From positions 169,960 through 233,959 of IMG/VR virus record IMGVR_UViG_3300029288_000065: a stretch of 64,000 nt of DNA, one strand, 5' to 3'. The translations under genes were made by a program, and so were the position numbers. Of the stretch, positions 8,129 to 17,958 are shown piece after piece. Position 1 is the first letter of the stretch. Each line of letters starts with the position of its first letter. A model generated the notes under the pieces. That model ran no database searches and had not been told where the DNA came from. It saw only the letters and a list, made by a program, of their open reading frames with translations. The stretch is from a virus (lineage: Duplodnaviria; Caudoviricetes).

Positions 8129-10045
8129 CTAACCAAGAAGCTTCCGGAAATCCTCCAAAGACACAACAGTGACACCCAAAGAAGCAGCCTTCTGCATCTT
8201 ACTACTACCACTACCAACATCCTTAGCAACCAAATAATCCAGACCCTTAGCAACACCAGACTTCTCCTTGGCACCAGCAGCCTGGAATTTGGTAATCTCA
8301 TCACCCTTCAACCGAACACCAGTAAAACAGACCGACTTCCCACTCAGAGGATGACTGGTATTGACCTGAACCTTCTCAGGGAGGGTGATTGTAACATATT
8401 TAAGCAATTTCTCGATCTGTGGCTTGGCCTTCTGAATACCAGCCACAATACCAGGAGCCTTACTCCCTTCCTCACTGAAACCAGCCATATTCCTCAATTG
8501 ATCAACCGTCACTGCCATAAACTTCTCCAGAGTATCAATCCCTTGACCCATCATAATCTCAGCTTGACGGCGACCCATGAACTGAATACCCAAGCTACCA
8601 ATGAAATCGTTTAACTCACAAGACCTGGATTTGTTGATCTCCACCATAATCTGCTTACTTGCAGTACCAACAATCCCCTGACCCCTCTTGACCTTGTACA
8701 GATCTTCTTCCTTGATTGTGTACAGGTCAGCAGGAGTTAAGATACTATGGTGGTTGAACAATTCAGCAAGAAGTTCATCGCCAACAAACTTAATCTCCCT
8801 TTTGGTAACCCAGTTTTTGAGCCGCTGGAAGGCTTTTCCATCGCAGGCGTCATTCTTACAGGTCCAGTGGACTCCTTCCTTAACTAGGTCAGAGTTGCAA
8901 ACGATACACTTGGTGGGAGGAACAATTGGTTTATTGGTAATGTCGATCACCCTATTAACGTGTGGGATGACATCACCAGCACGTTCAACTTCGATTTGGC
9001 ATCCTTCCGTGAGACCGAGTTCTTTGATATAGTCATAATTGTTCAGGAGTACATGGGAAATTGTAACACCGCCGACACGGACTGGCTTCAGGACGCCGGT
9101 AGGAATCATTGCCCCTGTGTGTCCCTGGGAAACCATGATCCCTTCAAGGATGGTGATTGCTTTCTGTGATGCAAATTTGACGCATCTTTGCCCCTTTGGC
9201 CGCATATCAGAACTCGCTCCGAGTGCAGCCTGGACGAAGAGATAATTCGCTCTGACAATTACTCCGTCAATTTCAAAATCAACGAATTCTCGTTCATTCT
9301 CAAGATCTTTATAGGCTTTCCAGACTTCTGCTCCGTTGTTGAATTCTTTATGGTCAACTGTTTGGAATCCCAGTCCTTTGATGAACTCGATTCGTTCCGA
9401 TTCTGTATCCCATTCTTTCCCGTTGCAGACATCGTAACAGATGATATTGAAGTGCTTCTGGAGATCTCCACCTTTCCTGTCTCGGAGGAGTCCCGAGACG
9501 GTATTTCGTGGGTTTTGGTATCCCAGTGGTTCGAAGATTTCTTTAAATTTCTTGACTGCCAGGATGCCTTCGCCACGGATAGAGCCTGTGAAGTTGCTCT
9601 TGAGTTTCTTGGGGACGCCAGGGATTTTGAGGACGTTTTCTGTGATATCCTCTCCCTTGTACCCGTCTCCTCGTGTAACGGCGTTAATTAGTTTGCCGTT
9701 TTCGTAGTTGAGAGCTACGGAGTTACCGTCCAGTTTCCATTGCATGACCAGGATAGGTTTGTTTTCTCCTGTTGCGGAGACAATTCCGTCTACCCATTGG
9801 TCGAATTCTTCTCGGTCTTTGAGTTTCTCTTGGGAGCCCATTGGGATTTTGTGTTCTACAACTTGTCCGAGTGGGGGCGCTCCGATTTCTTTTAGGACTG
9901 TATTTTCGGGGTCCAGGATTCGGAGTTCGTCTACCAGGATATCGAAGTCTGAGTCTTGCATGATTGCTGTACCAGTATTATAGTAGGCATCAGATGCTTC
10001 TTTGATCTGTTTGGATAGTTGGGCGATGCGTTCTTTCTTTTCCAT
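8129..10045 (-). CDS. ligA: NAD-dependent DNA ligase
   Basis: Domain Ia AYYNTG..IMQDSDFD, KLDG adenylation motif, TRGDG..GEDIT, EIDGVIV, RAGDVIP, C4 zinc finger, HhH (LGIQFMG), C-terminal BRCT (LSGKSVCFTG). Confidence 0.97.
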   Translation of the reverse strand: MEKKERIAQLSKQIKEASDAYYNTGTAIMQDSDFDILVDELRILDPENTVLKEIGAPPLGQVVEHKIPMGSQEKLKDREEFDQWVDGIVSATGENKPILVMQWKLDGNSVALNYENGKLINAVTRGDGYKGEDITENVLKIPGVPKKLKSNFTGSIRGEGILAVKKFKEIFEPLGYQNPRNTVSGLLRDRKGGDLQKHFNIICYDVCNGKEWDTESERIEFIKGLGFQTVDHKEFNNGAEVWKAYKDLENEREFVDFEIDGVIVRANYLFVQAALGASSDMRPKGQRCVKFASQKAITILEGIMVSQGHTGAMIPTGVLKPVRVGGVTISHVLLNNYDYIKELGLTEGCQIEVERAGDVIPHVNRVIDITNKPIVPPTKCIVCNSDLVKEGVHWTCKNDACDGKAFQRLKNWVTKREIKFVGDELLAELFNHHSILTPADLYTIKEEDLYKVKRGQGIVGTASKQIMVEINKSRSCELNDFIGSLGIQFMGRRQAEIMMGQGIDTLEKFMAVTVDQLRNMAGFSEEGSKAPGIVAGIQKAKPQIEKLLKYVTITLPEKVQVNTSHPLSGKSVCFTGVRLKGDEITKFQAAGAKEKSGVAKGLDYLVAKDVGSGSSKMQKAASLGVTVVSLEDFRKLLG

Positions 10046-10102
10046 GGTTTCTCCCTTGTTTGTTGTCTTATTGGAAGTATCGTTTGGAAGTCTTTAAGTA
10101 AG

Positions 10103-10435
10103 CTATTTCTTTTTGAGTCGTGATATTGGTTCTGAAATTATTTTGATAAATTCTGCTGGAGTACATTTGGGATCTTCTAATTCAAATGATACTTTGGGAT
10201 CCCATTTTGATTTTCCGTTTATATAAGTAACTCGTCTTATATGGTCATCAAATATTAATCTACCTATATCCTTCCCTCTCCAGGTTAGTTTCCATACTGT
10301 TACGTAATATGGTTTTGCTTCTCTGTTTTCGCTATGATCCCTAAAGGCAGAGAATCCAAATCCAGGTGGCATTCCTTCGATAATTTCATCCAAGAAATAA
10401 TCTTTCCATGAGATATCAAGTATCGCTTCACTCAT
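10103..10435 (-). CDS. DP-motif family protein
   Basis: VSFELEDPKCTPAEFIKII. Confidence 0.7.
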   Translation of the reverse strand: MSEAILDISWKDYFLDEIIEGMPPGFGFSAFRDHSENREAKPYYVTVWKLTWRGKDIGRLIFDDHIRRVTYINGKSKWDPKVSFELEDPKCTPAEFIKIISEPISRLKKK

Positions 10436-11115
10436 TATGCTGCACCTTTGTAAACCTCGCGTCTTCCATCATCGCCCGAACGCCACTTAATCTTGATCAG
10501 AGTTGCCGACTTCTTACACTCAACTCTGTCTCCAACGATCGTATCATTTTTATGACGGAGGACTATACCTTCCGTCCATGAAATACTCTTCATCTCCTCA
10601 AAAAATTCACTGAATTTTTGACCTTCCTTAGGTCGGATTGGAAGTCTTACATGATTATTTAGCTTGTTGACAGAGAAGAAAGTTTCTTTCCTCATAAACC
10701 AAGGAGTAGTACCCATCCACATATCCTTCCACCAAAGAACATCCAAAAGGAACAAAGACTCAGGAATCTCACCAATAGTCCGACGATCCAACCACTCACT
10801 ATCCAACATAGACAAATCAGGAAGCATCAAATTCTCGACAGTTTCAACAATCTCCTCCTTGACTGGGATATTAGTAGGACCACCCTTATCAATCCCACGC
10901 CGGCTAAGGAAGAAAAGATCCTTATTCTTACCACGTGCCCAACTCAGATTTCCACCAGGATAGGACTTGATAATCCCCTGCGAAGCATCCCTACAAATCA
11001 GAGTACGCCAACCATCAACTTTGGAAGTACAATCCCATAGATTTAGTTCCCCATCCATCTTGGGGAAGACCTGACGGAACATTTCGAGAGGCTTCATGGG
11101 AAATCGCAGAATCAT
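10435..11115 (-). CDS. ATP-dependent ligase/capping-type nucleotidyltransferase core without an OB domain
   Basis: Motif I SKVDGWR, III LDSEW, IIIa FLLDVL, IV TEGIVLR, V IKIK; the protein ends shortly after motif V. Confidence 0.8.
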   Translation of the reverse strand: MILRFPMKPLEMFRQVFPKMDGELNLWDCTSKVDGWRTLICRDASQGIIKSYPGGNLSWARGKNKDLFFLSRRGIDKGGPTNIPVKEEIVETVENLMLPDLSMLDSEWLDRRTIGEIPESLFLLDVLWWKDMWMGTTPWFMRKETFFSVNKLNNHVRLPIRPKEGQKFSEFFEEMKSISWTEGIVLRHKNDTIVGDRVECKKSATLIKIKWRSGDDGRREVYKGAA

Positions 11116-11125
11116 GTCTTTCTCC

Positions 11126-11398
11126 TTACCACTCGTTGAATTGTTTCAAGCCACCAAACTTTTTGAAAATCGGTGGTAGCTCCAAACCCAACTCTCTATC
11201 CATATCACCAGGCTGTAGATCAGGAGCTCTCTCGATAAATCTTTCCATTGTATTCAAAAGAATACGAAATTCTTCCTTTGTAAGATTCACGACCGTCACA
11301 TCAGATTGGTTACACCCCAATTCTGATGCAGTTACACCTGCAATCTCATATTTGGAACTCTTACCCAACTTGTTTGACAGGACTATGACTCTTTTCAC
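11126..11398 (-). CDS. Hypothetical protein
   Basis: 90-aa ORF coupled within the operon. Confidence 0.6.
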   Translation of the reverse strand: MKRVIVLSNKLGKSSKYEIAGVTASELGCNQSDVTVVNLTKEEFRILLNTMERFIERAPDLQPGDMDRELGLELPPIFKKFGGLKQFNEW

Positions 11399-12107
11399 TG
11401 TTCACCTCAAGTAATTTCTTGGTCATGTCATCATATTGCTGAGCAAACTCTCTTGCTTGTGCAAGAGACATATTTCGTGGACAATATGCCCGAGGATTAC
11501 CGTATTTCTTATCAATGGTCCCTGGAATTGCCTGTAATCCTGTCACCAACTTTAACCATTGTTCATCTGCCCAAGGCGGAGTCCAGGAAGGCGATCTACA
11601 AATGAATACTACGTCATATTCACTCTTCGGAGGAAGACCGTAATGTACTTCGCATTTCTTTGAACCTTCCTCTTCGTGTCCTTTTCGCCATTCTGGGTAG
11701 TATAATTTGTATTTAGAGATAATTTTCTTCTTGACACCATGGTAGGCCCAGTTACTGCAGTCCAGGACTTTGGTTTGTTGGTAACCATAGTCGTGGTGAG
11801 CGTCTAAGTTGATTAGTTCGATTCCTCGTAGTTCTCTAAGTAGTCCGTAGATGTCTCGGTGTGATTCTGTTACGCAGATATGCATTGGTCGTGGTTTTAC
11901 CACTTTATTCCAGAAAGTCTTTATTACTTCTGGATCTGGGTTGAAGATTTCACAGGCGTTGTTTTTGCCGTTTCTGTCTTTGGTGTTGGTTCTGGTTACC
12001 CAGATTAGTTCGTAGAATAATTCTCTGTCTTCGTGACTTCCCCAATCATACCAGGTTGGATCTGGGAAGAACCAATCCCAATCTACACTAAGGACTTTGA
12101 TTGGCAT
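11361..12107 (-). CDS. UPF0489-like (arginase/deacetylase-fold) metallohydrolase
   Basis: VLSVDWDWFF, ESH, NLDAHHD, DCSNW, FICRSPSWTPP motifs. Confidence 0.7.
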   Translation of the reverse strand: MPIKVLSVDWDWFFPDPTWYDWGSHEDRELFYELIWVTRTNTKDRNGKNNACEIFNPDPEVIKTFWNKVVKPRPMHICVTESHRDIYGLLRELRGIELINLDAHHDYGYQQTKVLDCSNWAYHGVKKKIISKYKLYYPEWRKGHEEEGSKKCEVHYGLPPKSEYDVVFICRSPSWTPPWADEQWLKLVTGLQAIPGTIDKKYGNPRAYCPRNMSLAQAREFAQQYDDMTKKLLEVNSEKSHSPVKQVG

Positions 12108-13026
12108 GTTTCACCTTTTGTTTGAAGCTCTTTTCTGCGTCTGATAATGCTTGCTTTTTGGTAAGCAAGTTTTCTAACTCTTTGTTGTGTTCTTTCAATT
12201 CTTCTTGAGCATTCTTTATAGCTTCTTCATCGTCTTTAATATCTCTTTCTGTATTGTCAACGTTCCATTGGTTTGACTTTTTGATTCGTTTGAAGATTAG
12301 GGATGCAAATTGTTCGAAACATTTTGGATCAGAAATATGGATATCTACATTATCGAATTGTATTAAGTCATTTACCTGTTGGATATCATCAGAGATTTCA
12401 TCTGTTGTCCAAGGGCTATTCAAGACTAAAGTGTATCCATATGTTTTACATCCATCAGTAGACCCAATATTTCCATTTCTTAATCCGATCTTGACTTCTG
12501 GTATTAGTTTGGATACCTCTTCCATGAAGTCTTTTATAATGTTTCCTTCTGTCGTTGGTACTCTTTTCTTGGCTTCTTCTATTACTTTTTCAATCTCTTC
12601 CCATGGGAAAATTAGTTTCGATGTTTTTCGTCCTTCATCTTCACCATAACTATTATATCTGAAATCAAAGAAATTTATGATCAGTTTCCAGGTGTTGGTT
12701 GGCGGATTTTCTTTATCATGATAATGATAAACATCTTTCGCTACCCTAATTCGTACAAGTCGTGGAAGGTTAATTCTAAACTCTATTTCTTTCCATATTT
12801 CTCTTTTATCACCCCATGTTTCATAACTTAATCGTTCGACGGTTATTCTTCCACCAAATCGATCATAAATTATCTTTACGATTTCTTTACCCCGTTTATC
12901 AATTTCTTTACTGATTTGTTCTCTAATTGGTTGGTCTAAATCGTAATTCTTACTCTTCTGATCGGGATCTTTTGTATAAGCTGTCATCTTGGGGAACGGT
13001 TTATCCAGGATTTCATCAATGGTCAT
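12088..13026 (-). CDS. DP-motif family protein with C-terminal coiled coil (paralog of 60406-61179)
   Basis: DIHISDPKCFEQFASLI followed by a heptad-rich tail. Confidence 0.75.
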   Translation of the reverse strand: MTIDEILDKPFPKMTAYTKDPDQKSKNYDLDQPIREQISKEIDKRGKEIVKIIYDRFGGRITVERLSYETWGDKREIWKEIEFRINLPRLVRIRVAKDVYHYHDKENPPTNTWKLIINFFDFRYNSYGEDEGRKTSKLIFPWEEIEKVIEEAKKRVPTTEGNIIKDFMEEVSKLIPEVKIGLRNGNIGSTDGCKTYGYTLVLNSPWTTDEISDDIQQVNDLIQFDNVDIHISDPKCFEQFASLIFKRIKKSNQWNVDNTERDIKDDEEAIKNAQEELKEHNKELENLLTKKQALSDAEKSFKQKVKHANQSP

Positions 13027-13043
13027 GTTTTCTCCTACGTATA

Positions 13044-13068
13044 GGGCGGGGGAAACTATCCCCCGCCC
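13044..13068 (-). terminator. GC-rich hairpin, probable intrinsic terminator
   Basis: GGGCGGGGGA-aacta-TCCCCCGCCC. Confidence 0.6.
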
Positions 13069-13079
13069 GTCTTTCCTTT

Positions 13080-13244
13080 CTATACCAAGAACAATCCACG
13101 TCGTGCTTTTCTATCCACAATATTTAGTGGAGAAGGAGGCACAATACAGGGACGAAACTTGGATTTCTCAACCTTATCTTTCTCATATTCCCTGGCCTTC
13201 TGAGCGACTTTGGAAATCCCAAAATCTCTCTGGAAAATCATCAT
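13080..13244 (-). CDS. Small hypothetical protein (54 aa, not in the ORF track)
   Basis: MMIFQRDFGISKVAQKAREYEKDKVEKSKFRPCIVPP...; RBS AGAAAGG. Confidence 0.5.
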   Translation of the reverse strand: MMIFQRDFGISKVAQKAREYEKDKVEKSKFRPCIVPPSPLNIVDRKARRGLFLV

Positions 13245-13265
13245 GGTTTGCCTTTCTTCAAAGGT

Positions 13266-13940
13266 TTAAGCTACGAAATGAGGAGTCTGGGGTTTGATAA
13301 CACCATCGTCAACCAGCTTCCGGTAAACCTGCGCCAGCTTCGGATCCAGCATCTGGTTGGCATGCAGGAAATTCGTCGGCTTGAGATTCTGAGCAACCTC
13401 GAAAATCTCAGTCCACGAATCAGCCTTGCCAGTAGCCTCGTCCGCAGCCTTCATCAGCAACGGAAGCAACGTCTCAATAAGCTTGAGACCCTTCTCCGTC
13501 AGAGTGATCTCAGTGTCAGTAATGACGCACTTATCGTACGCAGCCGCAGCCGCTTCCTTCCCGTAGACCGCTTCGAAAGCAGCCTTGATCTCATCTTCCT
13601 TGTCCACGCCGATCTTACTGTACTTCTCGACCTGGACGAAGGTGATGGGGCCTTCTTCACCGGCCTTGACCTTGACACTGGGGTGGAACTTGCCGGCTTC
13701 CTGACAGTGTTTGGTCTTGACATCGATACAAGCGGGTCGGAGGACAGCTTCAGCCTGCTTACGCAGGGATTCGGCGGTCTTTTCGACTTGCTTCTGTTCG
13801 ATGATGGTCTTGATTGCAGAAACGATTTCGGGGGACTGTGGGAGTTCCAGAACCGGTGCCGCGTCCTTCTTGGGAGCGGGAGGGGCTGCCTTGGCAGCAC
13901 TCTTCAGTAGACTTGCGACGTTCGCCTTCGCCATTGTCAT
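13266..13940 (-). CDS. Hypothetical protein, GC-rich, probably highly expressed
   Basis: Strong RBS AAGGAG; Ala/Lys-rich N-terminus. Confidence 0.8.
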   Translation of the reverse strand: MTMAKANVASLLKSAAKAAPPAPKKDAAPVLELPQSPEIVSAIKTIIEQKQVEKTAESLRKQAEAVLRPACIDVKTKHCQEAGKFHPSVKVKAGEEGPITFVQVEKYSKIGVDKEDEIKAAFEAVYGKEAAAAAYDKCVITDTEITLTEKGLKLIETLLPLLMKAADEATGKADSWTEIFEVAQNLKPTNFLHANQMLDPKLAQVYRKLVDDGVIKPQTPHFVA

Positions 13941-14314
13941 GTCTCCTTTTGGTTTTCGTCTTTTTGAGTGATATCGTTTGCTGAGGTCTCTGTCAACATC
14001 TGTTTCGCTTCTCGGAGTACATCATCATAATTTAATATATCAAATTTCTTTCCCTTCCATATTAGGGTATCATTCTCCAATGTAATAACCCTGGATACAC
14101 TGGTAGTAACTCTACCTACTACATGTTGCATACACTCACAGAAGAATCTTACTTTCACCTCCTCTTTTGGGTTTGCGAGTTCCTTACTCCTAATCTTGAG
14201 TGAGATATTCATTACATAAGTTGCTTCCATGAAATGAGTTTGTTTGATGGTAATTCCTGCTGAGGCAGATCTTTCCTCTCTTTCAGTCATCACTGTCTGC
14301 CTTTGTACAACCAC
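13937..14314 (-). CDS. ELAxP-subfamily protein
   Basis: SKELANPKEEVKVRF...ITLENDTLIWKG...NYDDVL. Confidence 0.65.
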   Translation of the reverse strand: MVVQRQTVMTEREERSASAGITIKQTHFMEATYVMNISLKIRSKELANPKEEVKVRFFCECMQHVVGRVTTSVSRVITLENDTLIWKGKKFDILNYDDVLREAKQMLTETSANDITQKDENQKET

Positions 14315-14525
14315 CAGAAACCTTCTCCCACCTACCCAATCTTCCTTCGTCTGGTTTGAACTGCTCTACCGTGACTCCACCACCGATACGGCACAACCAT
14401 ACCCGAATGGTTCCAGTATCAACCTTACAACTACAACATTGTCCTTGAAATAATGTTGGGAGATCCTTCAGTGCTTTCGCATCCCATTTAGCCATTTGGC
14501 GTCCCTTTCTCAGCATTTGACGCAA
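14283..14525 (-). CDS. Small Cys-containing hypothetical protein
   Basis: Likely start MAKWDAK with RBS AAGGGA. Confidence 0.55.
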   Translation of the reverse strand: MRQMLRKGRQMAKWDAKALKDLPTLFQGQCCSCKVDTGTIRVWLCRIGGGVTVEQFKPDEGRLGRWEKVSGGCTKADSDD

Positions 14526-15642
14526 TCATAAAGTGCTCAAACGTCGGGAATTCTTCACAGCTACCTTCAAGATCATATTCCTGAGAAACCAGATCACCGA
14601 TATACCCCTGAAAGCGACGACTCGCCTCAGGATTCAGAATATGGGTTGCCAACTCGGTGGTGAAATTCTGGATCGTATAAACCGTTGCCTTAGTCGGCAA
14701 TGTCCGCATCCTCTTCTTGCTGATAGCGTCCAACTGAACCACGCCATAAATTTCTTTAATATCACCACTTCGCTTGTAAAGATCAGCCAGGACTGCATTC
14801 CTCATATCGTCCTTTTCTGGCTTGGTATTCCCACAGATTTCTTTCATCATATCAGATTTGAAGTCATTCAGATTCAGCTTCCAGATGAATTGGGCCAGTC
14901 TAACAACCTCATTCACGGAGGCCCATGACTTCTGAGCCGACTCAATTCTATTCCTAAGAGCAACAAAACCATCCTCATTACTATAACTCTCCAAAATCCG
15001 TTGGAGAGTCCCACCAATCTGGGTATCCCCAATGTTGATCCCGCTGTGGAATGCCTTACTGTAGGCAACCAGACCATTCTTACAGGCTTGTCGGAGAAGA
15101 GAGAGATATACTGACGGTTTTCCATAGCCGTCGATTGGGGCTTCCAGAGTTAGGCGCGGCTTGTGATCATCTTCACCGATCTTGAAAAGGACATCACTCC
15201 GTGGAGGGTGACGACTTACGATTACCCCACTTCGATACTCTACGCCACGGGTATCCAAATTATTGAGCGTTGTGATTAGAGTCGTGCAGTCCAGGATATT
15301 CTTGTCAGGACCAGATACTCCAAGTAGGGTTGGCTTGAACGTCTTGGAGTCCTCTTGTTCTGATGGGGTTGTTTGGATTGCCACTCGAATATTGTCGTTC
15401 GGTACAGCGGCAGTGATCCTTGCGAATACTTCTGCATGGGTGAAGTATCGGAAGATTGATGGGCCGAATCCGAATCGGCTGCAGAGACTATCCCAGAATC
15501 TCTGGGATGGTTCGCAATATTGGCTGTCAATCTGGACGGAAGTTACTTCTTGTCTGCCTTTCTCGTCCTTTTCGACATTGACTTTGAAATCCTGGATGGA
15601 CTTGATCTTGTAGTCGATCGCAGGAATCGTGACTTGTGCCAT
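14488..15642 (-). CDS. DUF932-like protein
   Basis: LLRQACKNGL (R-x-x-C-x-N-G) signature preceded by a DG motif; late TVY...N..TE.ATH helix. Confidence 0.65.
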   Translation of the reverse strand: MAQVTIPAIDYKIKSIQDFKVNVEKDEKGRQEVTSVQIDSQYCEPSQRFWDSLCSRFGFGPSIFRYFTHAEVFARITAAVPNDNIRVAIQTTPSEQEDSKTFKPTLLGVSGPDKNILDCTTLITTLNNLDTRGVEYRSGVIVSRHPPRSDVLFKIGEDDHKPRLTLEAPIDGYGKPSVYLSLLRQACKNGLVAYSKAFHSGINIGDTQIGGTLQRILESYSNEDGFVALRNRIESAQKSWASVNEVVRLAQFIWKLNLNDFKSDMMKEICGNTKPEKDDMRNAVLADLYKRSGDIKEIYGVVQLDAISKKRMRTLPTKATVYTIQNFTTELATHILNPEASRRFQGYIGDLVSQEYDLEGSCEEFPTFEHFMIASNAEKGTPNG

Positions 15643-15645
15643 TGT

Positions 15646-16809
15646 TTACCCTCCAAATCCAGAAAGCCTTGTGGACATATTCTTCTTCACCATTACCCCT
15701 TGTCTCTTTGTATACCGGATCGTATTTCCATTCCCTTCCAGAACCTTCGGTAACATTACTGGTTTGGGTAGAATATTCCGAATTACCACACTGGAAATTA
15801 ACTCTATCTGATGGCCTCCTTTGATGGAGCGCCATTCCGTGTTATCCCAGATATATTGTTCTCTTGGCTTGGCTGTTTTGGCATAGGGATATGGGGTTTT
15901 GTCAGATTGTACGATTCTTGCTACTTTGGTCGGGTCTGCTGGATTCTTTCTTAGGACTCGACCTGACATCTGCATTGTTGGCAACTTCCCACTATCCCTT
16001 ACCCAGACTGTCTGTAGATCTGGAGCATCAAATCCTTCGGTCAAGAGGTAAACATTGACGAGTGCTTTGAGTGCCCCCTCTTCGAACCTTGTATAAATAT
16101 CGTCTTTTTGGGTTTGGGACAAGTTACCAAGAATTACTTCACATTGCAGTCCTTTGTCTGCGACGTGTTTCTTGAATTCATAGCATTGGTCTGCGTTTTT
16201 GAAGTAGAAGATTGATTTCCCCCATTCGTCTGGTTTTTCCAGGTATCGTTGGGCGACGAAGTAGGGCGTCCATTCCGGGACTACGTATTGGTCGAAGTTG
16301 GCAAGATATCCTTGTTCGATTAGGAATCTGACACCACAGTCCGAAATTATTTTCTCGAATGCCAGTTTGATTTTGTCTGTTCGGAATGGTGTGGCTGTTA
16401 GTCCTAGGAAGTATAGTGCTTTCATATTATGGTGGAGTGCCAGGCACGTGTCGGCTGCGTCGTGTTGTGCTTCGTCGGTGATCATGAATTCCGCTTGGGG
16501 CGGGTTCTTGTCGAACATTGAAATAAATTTAATATTCTTAACACCAATACGCTCATTTTCTTTCTTTGCCTGGTCTAGAAGTTTGCGGCGCATTGCCACC
16601 CAGTTTATTCGTATATTTAGTTCATCCTCCAGGAATTTACATATAATAAGTCCCATAGAGCTTTTCCCTGATCCTGTTGGGCTTTCGATTAGAACTGATT
16701 TATTTATTTGGAATGCATCAAGTGCTTTTCCGATGATTCTAATTTGATATTCTCTTGGTTCCAGGGTTGTGTTTTCTCTGATGAAGTTAAGAATTTTGTC
16801 TTGGTTCAT
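15646..16809 (-). CDS. Superfamily II (DExH, ResIII/SSL2-like) helicase
   Basis: PREYQ, SPTGSGKS, DEAQH, GLTATPFRTD, LTEGFDAP, QMSGRVLR; RBS GGAGG before ATG 16809. Confidence 0.92.
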   Translation of the reverse strand: MNQDKILNFIRENTTLEPREYQIRIIGKALDAFQINKSVLIESPTGSGKSSMGLIICKFLEDELNIRINWVAMRRKLLDQAKKENERIGVKNIKFISMFDKNPPQAEFMITDEAQHDAADTCLALHHNMKALYFLGLTATPFRTDKIKLAFEKIISDCGVRFLIEQGYLANFDQYVVPEWTPYFVAQRYLEKPDEWGKSIFYFKNADQCYEFKKHVADKGLQCEVILGNLSQTQKDDIYTRFEEGALKALVNVYLLTEGFDAPDLQTVWVRDSGKLPTMQMSGRVLRKNPADPTKVARIVQSDKTPYPYAKTAKPREQYIWDNTEWRSIKGGHQIELISSVVIRNILPKPVMLPKVLEGNGNTIRYTKRQGVMVKKNMSTRLSGFGG

Positions 16810-17404
16810 TTTCTTCCTCCTTCTGGTGTGGACAATATCCGAATAAACCAATCGAGTAATTGCAATTTATACAAAGAACTCTGAAACCATCTGGCCATTT
16901 TTTGTTTCTAAGCCATCTATAAATTCCACCACTTCCACCTCCTATTTCTTTCCTGTGTACATTTCCTCCTCCATTCATATGATCAATCGTAAGGAATTCT
17001 AAATGGCATTCACCGCAACATGCACATTTGGGAGGAATACCACCATATTTTTCTAATGCGTTCTTCTTATCACGGATATTCCTCTTTTTCCTAGCTTCAC
17101 AATATATGGGTTTCATACACTTTTTACAGATATTATGTCTTGTTTCGGTTTGTGAATCTTTTTTGAAGAATTCTTTAATGGGCAATAACAATTTGCATTT
17201 TTTACAAATAATCTTATTTTTCTGTTTTTTACTCTTTTTCAAGCAACCACAACTCCGGATGCCACCTAATTGTGTTAAATGGTGACTTCTACATGTTGTT
17301 ATCACACCACAATCGCAACGACATTTCCAAAGGGCTGTTTTACCCTTTGACCCTGCGCGGCAAAGGACAAACAATTTTCCGAATCTTTGTCTTGTCAGAT
17401 CCAT
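16787..17404 (-). CDS. Free-standing HNH homing endonuclease with an N-terminal WxCxCDCG DNA-binding module
   Basis: DLTRQRFGKL...WKCRCDCG...SCGC; C-terminal CACCGE..EFLTIDH.NGGG...LCINCN...CPH. Confidence 0.85.
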   Translation of the reverse strand: MDLTRQRFGKLFVLCRAGSKGKTALWKCRCDCGVITTCRSHHLTQLGGIRSCGCLKKSKKQKNKIICKKCKLLLPIKEFFKKDSQTETRHNICKKCMKPIYCEARKKRNIRDKKNALEKYGGIPPKCACCGECHLEFLTIDHMNGGGNVHRKEIGGGSGGIYRWLRNKKWPDGFRVLCINCNYSIGLFGYCPHQKEEENEPRQNS

Positions 17405-17412
17405 GGTTTTCT

Positions 17413-17458
17413 CCTACGGTAAATGGTATGACACCCATTGCCTACCATCTACCGTAGG
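17413..17458 (-). promoter_or_regulatory. 16-bp RNA hairpin overlapping the HNH gene RBS
   Basis: Minus-strand CCUACGGUAGAUGGUA pairs with UACCAUUUACCGUAGG (one G-U); the 3' arm ends in the AGG of the AGGAG Shine-Dalgarno. Confidence 0.65.
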
Positions 17459-17504
17459 TTTGCCTTTCTACTTGTTGATATCGTGGTGAGACGCGGCATA
17501 AAAG

Positions 17505-17741
17505 CTAGCAGGTGATCGAATTCGTCCCGTTACTACAAAAGTAGCCACCTACTGGTGATACCGGTCCCCAAATCTCCGGAGGGATTGGTAATTCTCTGTT
17601 TCTTTTGATGTCCCATACTCGTACTTCTTCGGTCTTATAAAATTTCTTGACGGCATCTACCTGGGCTAGTGCTAGTCCAGGTAGTGTTGCGGTTACTTTG
17701 TCTTCCCAGCCAGATTCTGTTTTGATCTGGATCTCGTACAT
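17505..17741 (-). CDS. Hypothetical protein
   Basis: 78 aa, operon context. Confidence 0.6.
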   Translation of the reverse strand: MYEIQIKTESGWEDKVTATLPGLALAQVDAVKKFYKTEEVRVWDIKRNRELPIPPEIWGPVSPVGGYFCSNGTNSITC

Positions 17742-17745
17742 TTTA

Positions 17746-17958
17746 TTACCCTTGTTTGGGAGGTGATGTTCTCAACAATAATGACATTGGAATCCAACGG
17801 AATTCCCCTGCAACATTTGCCATAAGGAATTCCGTCCTGGTCTTACCATCATCAAGATCAATAACTGAGGTGTCGAAAACTGGATAATGACCATTCTCCT
17901 TGAAGCCGTCTGGGATTTGTACACCTTTCTTAAAGTGTACGAAAAGTTGACCCGTCAT
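17746..17958 (-). CDS. Hypothetical protein
   Basis: ATGA-coupled; RBS AAGGAG. Confidence 0.7.
   Translation of the reverse strand: MTGQLFVHFKKGVQIPDGFKENGHYPVFDTSVIDLDDGKTRTEFLMANVAGEFRWIPMSLLLRTSPPKQG

Noticed and set aside
16787-17458. Group I intron housing the HNH gene
   Set aside because: The helicase is intact downstream with all motifs and no intron core elements were seen; the HNH gene appears free-standing.
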